From Eledone cirrhosa (lineage: Eukaryota): a stretch of DNA of 64,000 nt. This document shows, piece by piece, positions 38,186-51,251 of the stretch (its first letter is position 1; each line of letters starts with the position of its first letter). The position numbers were made by a program, and so were the translations under genes. The stretch covers positions 92,132,001 to 92,196,000 of the forward strand of contig OZ024745.1 in assembly GCA_964016885.1 (NCBI GenBank), written 5' to 3'. The notes under the pieces are model-generated. The model ran no database searches. It was not told where the DNA came from and saw only the letters and a program-made list of their open reading frames with translations.

Positions 38186-38858
38186 CGAAACATAAGTCAA
38201 TTGCATGAACTCATAATCCTTTATTTACTGGTATATATATTTCGATGATAGCCATTGAATGGCTATGACCTCATAAGGCAGTTAGTCAGTTTTTAGATAT
38301 GCCAGCTCTGTGTTTATTGTGTTGATGGTATATATATGAGCGGAACAAGTAAACATTAAACAATCTTTTAAATAAATTAAAATACGATTTAAATATTTAC
38401 CTCTTCTAGTGCCATGACCGACGGTTTCGCTTATCAAAAGATTGGAAATTCAGAGAATTTCCAATGGAAAGATATAGCTCTTCAGATAGCTTTTCCAAAT
38501 CTACTAGACATAAGTCCATATAGATGTATATATATCACCCTCTGCCCAGTGAATGAATCAAGCCGTTAAAATGACCCACACACTTAGTGGACCGTTAGAA
38601 AAAGCGGGAATTATAGACTCGCTGATATTTCATGCTGCTAGAAATAGCAGCATGATACAGCATTTTTTTCTCTACATTAATGAGAATTCAGATAAATGAT
38701 ATAGATATCCCAGTAGGTACTAGGTACCCACGGAAATATATATGGTGTCTATAATAGTGGTTGTTCTATGGTACTAATTTGAGATACCAGAACTGTAAAT
38801 ATCGGAACAAGTAAACATATATATATATATAGTAATAATAATAAATTTGAAGACTATA

Positions 38859-38902
<44 letters not shown>

Positions 38903-39003
38903 TTTAAAATTGGAATGAGAATAAGAAGAAAGCAAGAAGGGGGGGGGGCAGTTTTCTTCATCAGTTGTCTACTGGGGGTCTCAGATATTTCAACGCTTTA
39001 AAG

Positions 39004-39053
<50 letters not shown>

Positions 39054-40024
39054 CCAGTGAGTGTGTGCGTTTGCTCGTTTTTTTCCCTTAGCCTCCTACA
39101 ACCACCTAAAAATAGTTCTCCATTCCCTGGGTAATCCCAAACATTTTGCCTAATGAGATTGTCTTGTTTCCCCTTTGAAATATCGTTCGGTGACACCGTT
39201 TGATCAGATTACTGTTGTGTGAAGTGTAATGCACTCTTATTAAACGGTTTCAAATTTAACATTTGTCTGCCGAAGCGGACGACCTCCGTTGACGTCTGGC
39301 ACGATTCACTGAGTCACTTCTACGAATCATCCTCGTTAAACCCAATATTTTCCATCCATCACACATATCCGCTTTGTTCTCAATAATTTTTGTCACTTGT
39401 AATGTGCACGAGGGCCCATGCGTGCGTGCGTACGTGTGTGTGTGCGTGCGTGCGTACGCGTGTGTGTGCGTGCGTACGCGTGTGTGTATGTGTGTGTGTG
39501 AAGGGGAGCGGTACAGCGAGGAGGGGTGATATTATGTCAACCTGTTTCTTTTTTGTTGCCAACGAAGCGTCACCGTTTTTATTTTTATTATTATTTTGGG
39601 TTTTCTTTTTTTTATCGGTCTGCTTCACTCTAAATTGTTCCCATTACCGTCAATTCTTCACTTATACCCAACTAAACCCAATTCTGAGGACGAATAAATA
39701 TTAATATTTTATCAAACTTATCCGACCGCTTATAAACAGTCGTTATTATCATAATTAATAGAGCGGTGGATTGGCAGTATCGGTAGGGAGTCGGACGCCA
39801 TGCTTTCCAGCATAGTTACGTCCCTTTACGGTCTGAGTTCAAATCCCGCCGAGGTTCACTTTGCCTTTCATCCTTACGAGGTCGAGAAAATAGAGTACCA
39901 GTAATGTACTGCGTAATTGCTGGCCTTGTTCCAAAAAAGTAGAAACAGTTATCATAATTAATGACAAATGCTGGAAAAAAAATTTGGTTTTTAATATACA
40001 TTCTTTTTTTGTATTTTAGAAATT

Positions 40025-40082
<58 letters not shown>

Positions 40083-40475
40083 ATATATATATATATAATA
40101 ATTGTTTCTACTTTTGGCACAAGGCCAGCAATTTCCCAGTGTATTACTGGTACTTTATTTTATCGACCCCGTAAGGATGAATGACAAAGTTAACCTCGGC
40201 GGGATTTGAACTCAGAATGGCAAGGGCCGTAACGTCAAAGCATGGCGTCCGACCCTCTACCGATACTGCCAATTCACCGCCATTATATATATAATAATAT
40301 TATATATATATTCACCGCCATATATATATATATAATAATAAGGAGTTAACGGACCCAGCATATTTATCAATGCCAGGACCGGTTGTACTCAATAGGCAAT
40401 GTAGAATACATTCCCAGAGTATACACTTAGTTATTCGCTTCAATACAACACACGTAAAACGAGTGCCTATAATGG

Positions 40476-40590
40476 TACCCGGACTCGAGTTTCGGCCGCA
40501 CTTCATGCAGCAGTAAGGTGCACTGCACCTTCCGTCTGCATATATTATGCAACAATGCATAATCGGCTTATGCGGCTTCATCAGCGGGTA
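40476..40590 (-). ncRNA. type I hammerhead ribozyme with branched, extended stem II
   Basis: TACCCG-CTGATGA-AGCCGCA...TGCGGCC-GAAA-CTCGAG-TC-CGGGTA. Perfect 6-bp stem I, GUC site and palindromic stem III. Confidence 0.88.
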
Positions 40591-41111
40591 TCGCCTAATC
40601 AATAACCAATCGATCGACAGAATCCAAACCCCAGCCCATGCCGGTCATGACTGTTTGTGACGGCCGACACAGTAAAGTAATTAGCAACTGGAATCCGATA
40701 CAATTCTGTCCCCCGACCAGCCACCGATTTACAAACTTTACGTGATGGCGGGAGAATAGAAAACAAATATTTTCGTTCCCGTCAAAAGACTCAGCCAACG
40801 TGTCTCACACACAAATTATTAAGAGGTGAAAGGATGGTTATTAGAAATAGCAGTCTAACATCGATGTATAATAGAATGGTAGCATTCGGCTCATGTCTCC
40901 AAGTCCCATGGCTAGAGGAAAGCGTTATAGCAACAATGGTAGTGCCAAGAACCTTTAACGGACTTTAAATGCGATTATCCATTATAGAGCGATATAGTAG
41001 CGAGCGGAAATGTGGCAGCCGCGTGCGTAAAAACCAGTCTAATTCACAACTTAAAAGAGTGAGAGATAAAATTATAGCAGGAAATTAGAGCGCATATCAA
41101 AACAAAAACAC

Positions 41112-41211
<100 letters not shown>

Positions 41212-41359
41212 AAAAAAAGATGAAATCGAAAATGCAACTGGAGTCTAATTTAAAAATATATATATATATTTATTCGGTTCCTCTACCGGTTTCGCAGTTC
41301 TTCTGCTTTTCAAAACTAGTGTTGAGATGGAGGGTCTGTGGTTTTTCTCACCTCTATAC

Positions 41360-41435
<76 letters not shown>

Positions 41436-41444
41436 GTATATATG

Positions 41445-43340
41445 TTGTTATGGTTTGTGAGGGTCATGTTGCCAATAAGAAACACACGCACCAGTTGCTT
41501 TCACTCCAATTTATTATAAATTAAATTTATAAATTTAAGAATTTATAAATTTCCGGTTGGTTGGTTCCATAACCGGACGGTTGTTCATATATTGTCAAAG
41601 TTCTTTCGTCACACATTCTGTGACCTCTTCAGTGACTGGGGATTCTTTTCTTTGTTTTTGTGCCTCTCCTTTGTTCTGTCCTACGCCATCTTGTTTTTGT
41701 GTGTGTTGCGTGCTTAGTTTGCGCATGTGTTACATCCGGGTGTCTGTGTGTGTTTATATTTGTTTATTTATTTATTTATTTACATGTTACTGGTTGGTTG
41801 TTTGTTCTATGTGTGTGTGTGTGTGTGTGTGTTATCATGTTGTCCTTAATTGTAAGTTGTGATGTTGCTATTCCATTCATGTTTTCTATTTAAGTTTGGT
41901 TATAGACTACCCAAGCAAACACCCCAACCATCGATTACCTGTACTAGACACAGAGCTCTGGTTATAAACCATTAATAACAAAAAACAAATCCTCCATTCC
42001 CATTATGCCAAACCCATGACTTCCAAATATCTGATCCACCGAAACTCAGCTGTTTCGGATCACACCAAAATCAACATACTGATTGCGGATTTGGTACGGG
42101 TGATAAGAAACGTGTCCCGCATGTGCAACCCCAAAGAACTAGAGAGACACATACAACACTTCATCCACCGTATGTAGTTCTCTGGTTACAATCAGAGAGA
42201 TAAAATCAGAGTATATAGAGGAGCCAGAACCAAATGGGAAAAAAATGGTAAATAATGATACAAATGGGACATGCCCCTTGTATAGGAGAAAATTTTGGAA
42301 TAGAATAGAAAGAATTAGGAATAAGGTTAATAGAATAAACTCATGGTATGATAGCAATAAATACCAGAGTGTAATGTTCATCAATACTATCCCTAGAGGT
42401 GAATTAGCTTACAAATTTAGAAGGGCCCTAGATAAACATAAACTTAATATTAAGATAGTAGAAAGACCAGGTACCTCCATAAAAACACTTATTAGCAATA
42501 CATACCCTTTTCAAAGACCTCCCTGTATAGATAAGAAATGCATAATCTGTAAACTAAGCCCCCATATTAACTGTAAAACTAGAAATGTAGTATATAGCAT
42601 AAGATGTACTGAAGGACAATGTAAAGATAAGAATATAGTGCACATAGGTGAGACAGCTCGTAGTATAGGAGAACAGTTAAATGAACACTGGCGAGAACTT
42701 CAAGATAAAAAAGAATCATCAATACTCCACTAACATGCAAAAATAGAACATAAGGGCAAATTAGAGAACATAGAAATAAAAATAGAATCTACACACAGAA
42801 AAGACGCAATGTTTAGACAAATCACAGAGGCAATAAACATAAATGAACTCCAACCAAAATTAAATAGAAAACATGAATGGAATAGCAACATCACAACTTA
42901 CAATTAAGGACAAAATGATAACACACACACACATAGAACAAACAACCAACCAGTAACATGTAAATAAACAAATAAATAAACAAATATAAACACATACAGA
43001 CACCCGGATGTAACACATGCGCAAACTAAGCACGCAACACACACAAGAACAAGATGGCGTAAAACAGAACAAAGGAGAGGCACAAAAACAAAGAAAAGAA
43101 TCCCAGTCACTGAAGAGGTCACAGAATGTGTGACGAAAGAACTTTGACAATATATGAACAACCGTCCGGTTATGGAACCAACCAACCGGAAATTTATAAA
43201 TTTAATTTATAATAAATTGGAGTGAAAGCAACTGGTGCGTGTGTTTCTTATTGGCAACATGACTCTCCCAAAGCATAACAATATCGGTTTCAACACACGT
43301 TTTCGGATAAAGAATCTTGCTAAACAAATTCAGAAACGAA

Positions 43341-43345
<5 letters not shown>
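41445..43345 (+). mobile_element. Penelope-like element, family 1 (RT thumb/linker + GIY-YIG), with inverted 5' pLTR
   Basis: DYPSKHPNHRLPVLD...M*FSGY; C-x4-C-x2-C...CKTRNVVYSIRC...HIGETARS...EH. pLTR ~42870-43345 and inverted copy 41445-41900. Flanked by (TA)n; stops present. Confidence 0.9.
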
Positions 43346-43371
<26 letters not shown>

Positions 43372-43401
43372 CGTGTGTGTAGATATATATATATGTATAT
43401 A

Positions 43402-43490
<89 letters not shown>

Positions 43491-43491
<1 letters not shown>

Positions 43492-43784
43492 AGAACAAAA
43501 GATGGTTAAAAGAGTTCCATGTATTTTATTATGTGCATTTCAAAAACAAATATCATCATGCAATAATATTTGTGTTTTCATCAGATAAAACATGAAGACA
43601 TGATATGAAGGTTAAAAAACACTTGTGGATAGTTCAGTTTTAAATCAACATAAGTGTTTTTTAACCTTCATATCATGTCTTCATGTTTTATCTGATGAAA
43701 ACACAAATATTATTGCATGATGATATTTGTTTTTGAAATGCGCATAATAAAATACATGGAACTCTTTTAACCATCTTTTGTTCT
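43491..43784. repeat. palindromic pair of family-2 PLE pLTRs
   Basis: Arms 43491-43625 and 43652-43784 are inverted copies of the 47030-47195 terminal repeat. Confidence 0.88.
43684..43754 (+). ncRNA. type I hammerhead ribozyme
   Basis: TGTTTTAT-CTGATGA-AAAC-ACAAATATTAT...ATGATATTTGT-TTTT-GAAA-TGCGCA-TA-ATAAAATA. Mirror copy at 43522-43592 (-). Confidence 0.82.
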
Positions 43785-43795
43785 TATATATTATG

Positions 43796-43915
43796 TATAC
43801 TCCAGTCCTACAAACTGTAGATTGCTTATTATCCGATATCTGCATTGCTTTATTGTACTACAATAAAACTCACCTCCTACATTATATATATATGTATATA
43901 TATATATATATAAAT

Positions 43916-43988
<73 letters not shown>

Positions 43989-44070
43989 GGAGGTGAGTTT
44001 TATTGTAGCACAATAAAGCAATGCAAATATCGGATAAGTAGCACTCTACAGTTTGTAGGACTAGAGTATA
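43796..44070. repeat. ~85-bp inverted repeat flanking a (TA)n tract
   Basis: AGTCCTACAAACTGTAGA...CTCACCTCCTACA [(TA)n] TGTAGGAGGTGAG...TCTACAGTTTGTAGGACT. Confidence 0.85.
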
Positions 44071-44164
44071 AATAATTGTTTCTACTTTAGGCACAAGGCC
44101 AGCAATTACCCAGTGCATTACTGGTACTTTATTTTATCGACCCCGTATCGACTAGAGTATAAAT

Positions 44165-47100
44165 AATATAACATCAAAAGATGGTTAAAAGAGTTCCAAA
44201 TATTTTATTATGCGCATTTCCAAAATAAATACCACAGGTTCGTTCTAATTGCTCTATTTCTAGCTTAAATTTATTGTTTGGTACATCTGAAGTAATTGGC
44301 TGTTTCAACAACCTGAATAAGAAAAACAAACAAAAATTTATTCAATTTGATATTGCCAGCTACTATTCTTCTATTTCGCCTTCACTTCTCAACAATGCTC
44401 TATCTTTCGCATTTAAATATTCTGACATCACCACAGATGAACTTTACATCATTCTCACCGCAAGAAAAACTATCTTAGAATTCAACAATGAATATTGGAC
44501 TAGAGCCGATACTTCCAACAACTTTGATATCACAATGGGTGCTTCCGATTCATCGCAATTGACTGATTTGATTGGTATTTTTATTTTGAATTCTTTAAAT
44601 CGGAAAATTCCTCAACTTCGCGGTGGAATTTATCATAACGATGGACTTTTTACTATCTTAAACTGCAATTTAGTTAACCTTAATATTATTAAGAACAATA
44701 TACGTGATCTCTTTAAGCAACATAACCTTAAAATTGAATTTGATAACAACGTCAAACTAGCTAACTTCTTGGATATATCCCTTAATCTTGACACTGGCCT
44801 ATATTACCTTTACCATAAAAACAATGAGAATCTAAATTATGTTAATTTTAAATCTAACCACCCCACTAACATTAAAAATGCTATAGTCAGTAATATTGGA
44901 AAAAGAATCTCAAACCTATCCTCTAATAAAGATATCTTCGATGCTAACGCCAATTACTATAATAATGCGCTTTCTAAAGCCGGTTATCCTGATAAAATTA
45001 AATACAGTAAAGAAACCAATCCTAGAAGGTCTTACAGTAAAATAATTAATTATGAACATTCCAATAACTTAAATAAAAGACCTAGATACAAAAATATAAT
45101 CTGGTATAATGCTCCTTTCTCTATTTCTATTAATAATAATATTCCTAAACTATTCTTTAGGGCCTTAGATAAATGCTTCCCTCCCTTACATATCTATAGT
45201 AAAATCTTTAACAAACATATAATAAAATGTTCTTATTCCACCTCTTCCAACATCTCTAACATTATCTCTAAACACATCAATAAAATATTAAATAATAAAT
45301 CACATCCTTCCAACACTGAGCGTCATAATAATAGCAGTAGTACTCCTGACGTCATTGTTAACTCTAGGCTAGATTCTGTAAACTTAATACGACGTCAAAC
45401 GTAACTTTGTATTCAATCTAAATCAGGAAACTATTATTCCTATCGTAAATAACTTCTCCAATCCAATTCCTTCTATAAATAACACTAGGTCACTTGTTAA
45501 TAACTCTGTTAATTTCTCTAATCGTAATTGTAATTGCCCTGTTAGAACCAAATGTCCTCTTAATAACCATTGTCTTGATAAAAACTTAGTCTATGAATGT
45601 AAGGTTATAACTGATACCAATTCCTTTACCTATTTCGGTTCCACCTCCACTTCCTTCAAAGCTAGATTTTATAATCACAATTCTTCTTTTAGATACCAAC
45701 TTAAAAGAACTAACACGACACTCTCGGAACTCATATGGTCCTTAAAAGACAAAAATATTAACTATAATATCTCTTGGAGGAAGGTTTGTTCTGCCTTTCC
45801 TTACCTGAATTCTTCCCTATCCAGAACATGTAATCTCTGCCTAGCCGAGAAATTTACCATTATATCTAATTTCAATTCTATAATAAATAGACGCACGGAT
45901 TTATTTTCTCTCTGCTTGCATAAATTCCACAGAACATTCCATAAAGTATACAGCTAATATCTCAATACCTTACTAGTTTAAAATCCTTTTTCTCAAAGGC
46001 TTATATATCTTTTACAAATATACCCATCTTTCTACCTTATTTCAATATTATATATTATATAATACAATTTACTCATTTTATATCATTCCTCTTTATCATT
46101 TTCCTTTCTTCCTTTTTTCTTTTTAATTTCTAACCTCTAATCTGTACTTTTTCTTCCCAATTCTTATTATTACTCACCACAACATTATCCATTCTTCCAT
46201 CTTTCCTCATATCATTGGCCATAAAAATTATTTTTTTAATACATTATAGTATTACCATTAGATGTCCTTCGTAAACATATAATTTTTTGACGTTAGATTT
46301 TTTTCTTCCTTAAATTTTTCTTATCTCCTCCATCCTTTCATGCTCGTTTTAAACTACTACTTAATTTGACTTTTACATATTACAATACATAAAAACAAAC
46401 TTAAATCCTAACTAATTTCTTTTAATATATTATATTATTACCATTAGAAAATATTTCGTAAACATATATACTTTTTGATGTTAGATATTTTCTTCCTTAA
46501 ACATTCTTTTCTTCTTTCCTTCCGCGCTCATTTTAAACAAACTATTTACGTACACATATTACATTACATAAAAACAAACTTAAACCCTAACTAATTCCTC
46601 TAAATTCATAACTCATTCATTCTTCTCCTTCTTTTAACATTATATCCTTAATAACATTACTATTTTTATTTTAATAATACATATTAATAAATTCTTTTCC
46701 TTGCACATATTATTAAACCCTTCAATATACAAACCTTAATTTAACACTATTCTTAATTCCTTTTTCTTCATGCATAAACCTCATTAACTTTTAATTTCAA
46801 AATCTTTTAAATTATCTATTATCTTCCAACGGCTTTTTAATTTCTCTCTGTGAGACAATATATATTTTTTTCTCAGTTGTAAAGGCTAACTCTCTCTCTC
46901 TATCACCCATCTCTCCTCCTCTCTCATCCTTCCTTCTTATACTCCGCCCCCATCATCTCTTCCTCTTCCTTACTCCCCCCCCCTCACTTTTTCCCAATCT
47001 CATGCATCAATCTTAATTTATTTTTCATATGTTGATTTAAAACTTCACTATTCACAAGTGTTTTTTAAGCTTCATATCATGTCTCCCTATTTTATCTGAT

Positions 47101-47188
47101 GAGAACGCAGATATCATCCCATGATGATATTTGTTTTTGAAATGCGCATAATAAAATACTTGGAACTCTTTTAACCATCTTTTGATCT

Positions 47189-47195
<7 letters not shown>
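44165..47195 (+). mobile_element. Penelope-like element, family 2 (Hydra-like clade), 5'-truncated
   Basis: RT FIQFDIASYYSSI, FDITMG, GIYHNDG (degenerate YxDD), NFLDISL (44274-45404). GIY-YIG region CNC..CPL..C..NLVY..YFGST..FKARFYNH..CNLCLAEK ends at TAA 45957. Long AT-rich 3' UTR, hammerhead-bearing terminal repeat, short inverted copy at 44165-44230. Confidence 0.88.
47088..47158 (+). ncRNA. type I hammerhead ribozyme in PLE 3' pLTR
   Basis: TATTTTAT-CTGATGA-GAAC-GCAGATATCAT...ATGATATTTGT-TTTT-GAAA-TGCGCA-TA-ATAAAATA. Perfect 8-bp stem I. Confidence 0.85.
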
Positions 47196-47229
<34 letters not shown>

Positions 47230-47232
<3 letters not shown>

Positions 47233-50200
47233 CCTGGGTATAACATTAAACTACATCCAGTGGCAAGGCTCTAGTTCGGGAGTTCAGGAGTGTGGGGAAT
47301 GTGGAGTTACCCCTTAGTTGTCTTAACTCCCAGGTCTGCTCTGGCCCGGAGTAGTAGTACCTGTTAGGGCCCCATTTATGGGTTAAATAACTACCTTATT
47401 CGAGTGGCGCCGGTAAGGTATTGTCAGCCATTGAAAAGAAATATGGAGAGTCGATCTAACAGTACTAGTGTTAGAGCCCCTAATTTCACTGTCAAGGAGC
47501 AGTCTGGTCGTTATGACTCTGCTGGCTTAGAGCCACAGAGAGGGCCAGTGGATGATGGATCAGCTGTCTCTGAGACAAATATAAAGAATGCAGTTTTGTC
47601 CTGCAAAAGAGCCATCAAAATGGGCACTTTGAATGTGAGGACTATTCGGACGCTGGAGAAGAGAGAGGAGTTGGGACATCTGTTCGAGGAGAGTGGTATA
47701 CAGATACTTGCGATCCAAGAACACAGGATCCTACACGATGAGCCCGTGAGGAGTGTGATGATTGGGAAGAGGAGCCAGCTCATCACCACATCGGCAGTGA
47801 AGAACATGACCAATGCTGCAGTGGGAGGAGTGGGTTTTGTTTTCAGCACAAAAAAACAGTTTATTGGTGAGGGAAATAATGCCTGTCTCCCCGCGAGTGT
47901 TGAGGGTGACCTTCAATGGAAACCCAAGACTGACATTCATCTCAGCCTATAGTCCAACCGAGGGAGACAGTGATGTGAGTGCGGAAGAGTTCCATGAGGA
48001 GGTGTGTAGAGCTGTCAACACCACTCAAGCACACAACATCCTGCTTGTTTTGGGGGACTTCAAGGCACATCTGAGTAAGGATGGCAGTGAAGATCCTTAC
48101 TGGTACTTCCATAACAACACCAACCGAAATGGAAGACTACTGAGAGACACCCTGCTGGAGGCGAACTTGATAGCGACCAACCTAAGGTTTAGGAAGAATC
48201 CGGGGAAGATGTGGACCTACATCTCAGATATGCACCTGTCCAAGTCCCAGATTGATTTCATTCTGGTGAGGAAAAAGTGGCGGAATAGTGTTCTGTACAC
48301 ATAACCATACAACTATTGCAGTACACTGGGTAGTGACCACCGGCTTGTTATGAGTGAGGTCCGGGTGAGCTTAAGAAAGAGCAAGGCTCATCCCCGGAGA
48401 GCAATCTATGACTGGGGAGCTTTCAAGGAAGATGATAAGCTACAGGAGAGGTTCACAGTGGAAGTGAGGAACAGGTTCAGTGCTCTGTGTGGAGAGACTG
48501 AGGAGAGTGTGATGAGGAGGTACGGGCACTTCACCAATGCAGTGGCGGAAGCAAGTGAAACCCTGGTGCCGAGGAAAAAGAACAAAAGGAAGCACGTCAG
48601 CTCTGCAAACCCAAAAGTGTGTGCAGCCAGAGAACACCTGAAAGCTGTCAAGGACCAATTCTATGCTGATCCTACGGAGGAGAGGATGGAGACTGTGGAG
48701 GTGATGAGGGAAGAACTCTGTACCGCTTACACTGAGGCCAGAGAGGAGGCACTGATAGAGAAGATCAGAAGTGTGAAGAGAGCGGTTGACAGATCTGGAT
48801 GTAAGGAGAGCTGGATGATCATCAACGAGATCACAGGGAGGAAGAGAGGTGTTCGAATCAGATCCAAGGAACGGGGCCCGAGGATAGGAAGAGGAAATGG
48901 CTAGACCATTTTAGGACCCTACTAGGAGAGCCACCCTCCACAGCCAAGAGCACTGGGGAGATCAGGCGGCTGTTTGAGGAACTGGATGTTGAGACAGAGC
49001 CCTTCACCAGAGAGGAGCTTCAGAGAGCCTAGAAGAGGATCAAGGAGAGCAAGGCTCATGGAGAAGATGGAGTGGCATCAGAGGTGATGAAGAGGTGTGA
49101 TTTTGATGATATCATCCTGGGGTTCTGTAACCAGGCACTGGAGAAAGGAGTTGCCCCGAATCAGTGGAGGATCAGTAACATCGTCCCAGTGCCAAATAAT
49201 GGAGATCTCTCTAACACCAACAGCTACAGGGGGATCTCACTGACGTTACTTGTGGCAAAGACCCTCAACAGGATGATTCTTAACAGGATCCAGCCTGAGA
49301 TGGAGAAGAAGCTCAGGGATAACCAGAACGGCTTCAGAGAGGGAAGATCAACCACCAGTCACATCCTGATGCTGAGGAGGATATTAGAGGGAGCTAGAGC
49401 AAAGTGCCTTCCTGCGGTCATGGTTTTCATTGACTTTAGGAAGGCCTTTGATTCTGTGGACCGTCACTGCCTGATGAAGATCTTACAGGCTTATGGAATC
49501 CCCAAGAAGATAGTGGACCTGATATCACTGCTCTACACCAACACCAAAGCCCAAGTCATTACACCTGATGGGATGACAGAGTTCTTTGAGATACTGGCTG
49601 GAGTGCTCCAGGGAGATACATTAGCTCCCTACCTTTTTATCATCGTAGTGGACTATTGTATGCGCCTTGCACTGGAGAAACACCAGGACTCTGGCTTTAC
49701 TGTAGCACCGGCTCAGAGCAGGAGAGTTAAGGCGAAAAAGGTATCAGATGCTGAATTTGCCGACGACATAGTTTTGGTGACAAATACAGTGAAGGAGGCA
49801 GAGGATTTGATGTAGGAGGTTGAGACTGTGTCGATGAGTGTGGGGCTGAGAATGAATGAGACTAAAACAAAATATCTGGTAGAGAATGTTGAAAAGCCAG
49901 AGGGGATCATTAATGTAGGCGGGAAGCCGCTAGAATTGGTTGAGGACTTCCTGTATTTGGGAGCAAAGATTGGGAATACGGAAGATGATGTGGTTGAGAG
50001 GAAGAGCAAAGCCTGGGCGGCATGCCACAGCTTGAGATCGGTGTGGAAGTCGGACCTTCGTAAAGACCTGAAAATCCGCCTCTTCATTGCTGTAGTGGAG
50101 TCTGTGCTGCTGTACGGGTCTGAGACTTGGACCCTGACCAAGAAACTCACTCAGATGGTGGATGGGTGCTACACGAGAATGCTGAGGATGGCTTTGAACA

Positions 50201-50466
50201 TTAATCAGTATACACTGAGGATGAAAAGCTGTATGGGAGCCTCCCAAAAGTCAGCTCAAAAGAGACACAGAGGAGACTGAGGTTAGCTGGACATGCTCAC
50301 CGACATCCAGAGTTGACATTGCACTCAGTGGTCCTGTGGGAGCCCCTACATGGACACACTGGAAGAGGAAGATCAAGGTTAATGTATGCAGGACATGGCA
50401 GCGATAATGAGGGACAGAGACCGCTGGAGAGAACTCGTCCATGGATCTCGGGAATTTTACCCGCCC
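47230..50466 (+). mobile_element. near full-length, inactivated RTE-clade LINE (APE + RT)
   Basis: APE motifs GTLNVRT, AIQEHR, SAYSPT, LGDF, QIDFIL, SDH. RT motifs YRGISL, QNGFR, FIDFRKAFDSV, GVLQGDTLAP, FADD, FLYLG, YGSETW. Several frameshifts and TAA/TAG stops. Confidence 0.93.
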
Positions 50467-50625
<159 letters not shown>

Positions 50626-50766
50626 ATAATAATAAATTAAATTTGAAGACTAAAATCCAAAGAGGGCTCGATAAGGATAAATATATATTAAATATATAAG
50701 AACCGTAGAGCAAATATTTATTTGTTTCAGAAGATCCCGTTAATGGCTTTGAACATTAATCTGTTA

Positions 50767-50824
<58 letters not shown>

Positions 50825-50926
50825 CAGGCTCCTTATGTTTAAGTTGCTTATATATCCTTAGGAACGATATTTTATCGACCCGTCAGTGATATGTATAAGA
50901 TATTCTCTCTCTCCCTCCCTCTCTCT

Positions 50927-50993
<67 letters not shown>

Positions 50994-51001
50994 GGAAAAG
51001 T

Positions 51002-51110
51002 AACCCCGACGGCTGAGCTCCGGCTGTTTCGACAGCTAGATCCGAACGCTTGATCCAAACTACCGTTCGACTGTAGCTGTCGAAACGACCGGAGCTCAGC
51101 CGTCGGGGTT
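51002..51110. repeat. GC-rich long hairpin
   Basis: AACCCCGACGGCTGAGCTCCGG (22-bp perfect arm) and GTTTCGACAGCTA pair with their reverse complements. Confidence 0.85.
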
Positions 51111-51196
51111 CTGACTCTTTTCCTATTACCCACTCTACTACCCTAAGTATTGTTTGTGCGTTATGGTCCGCCTGGTTTCGTACCACACCCTCTTTG

Positions 51197-51251
<55 letters not shown>

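Noticed and set aside
38990-39370. Upstream exon of the putative minus-strand gene
   Set aside because: Unique sequence, but no in-frame ATG or convincing acceptor and only a weak donor; unsupported without RNA data.
47320-47365. Twister ribozyme (TAACTCC...GGAG)
   Set aside because: Lacks the conserved P4/L4 loop and the closing P1 pairing.
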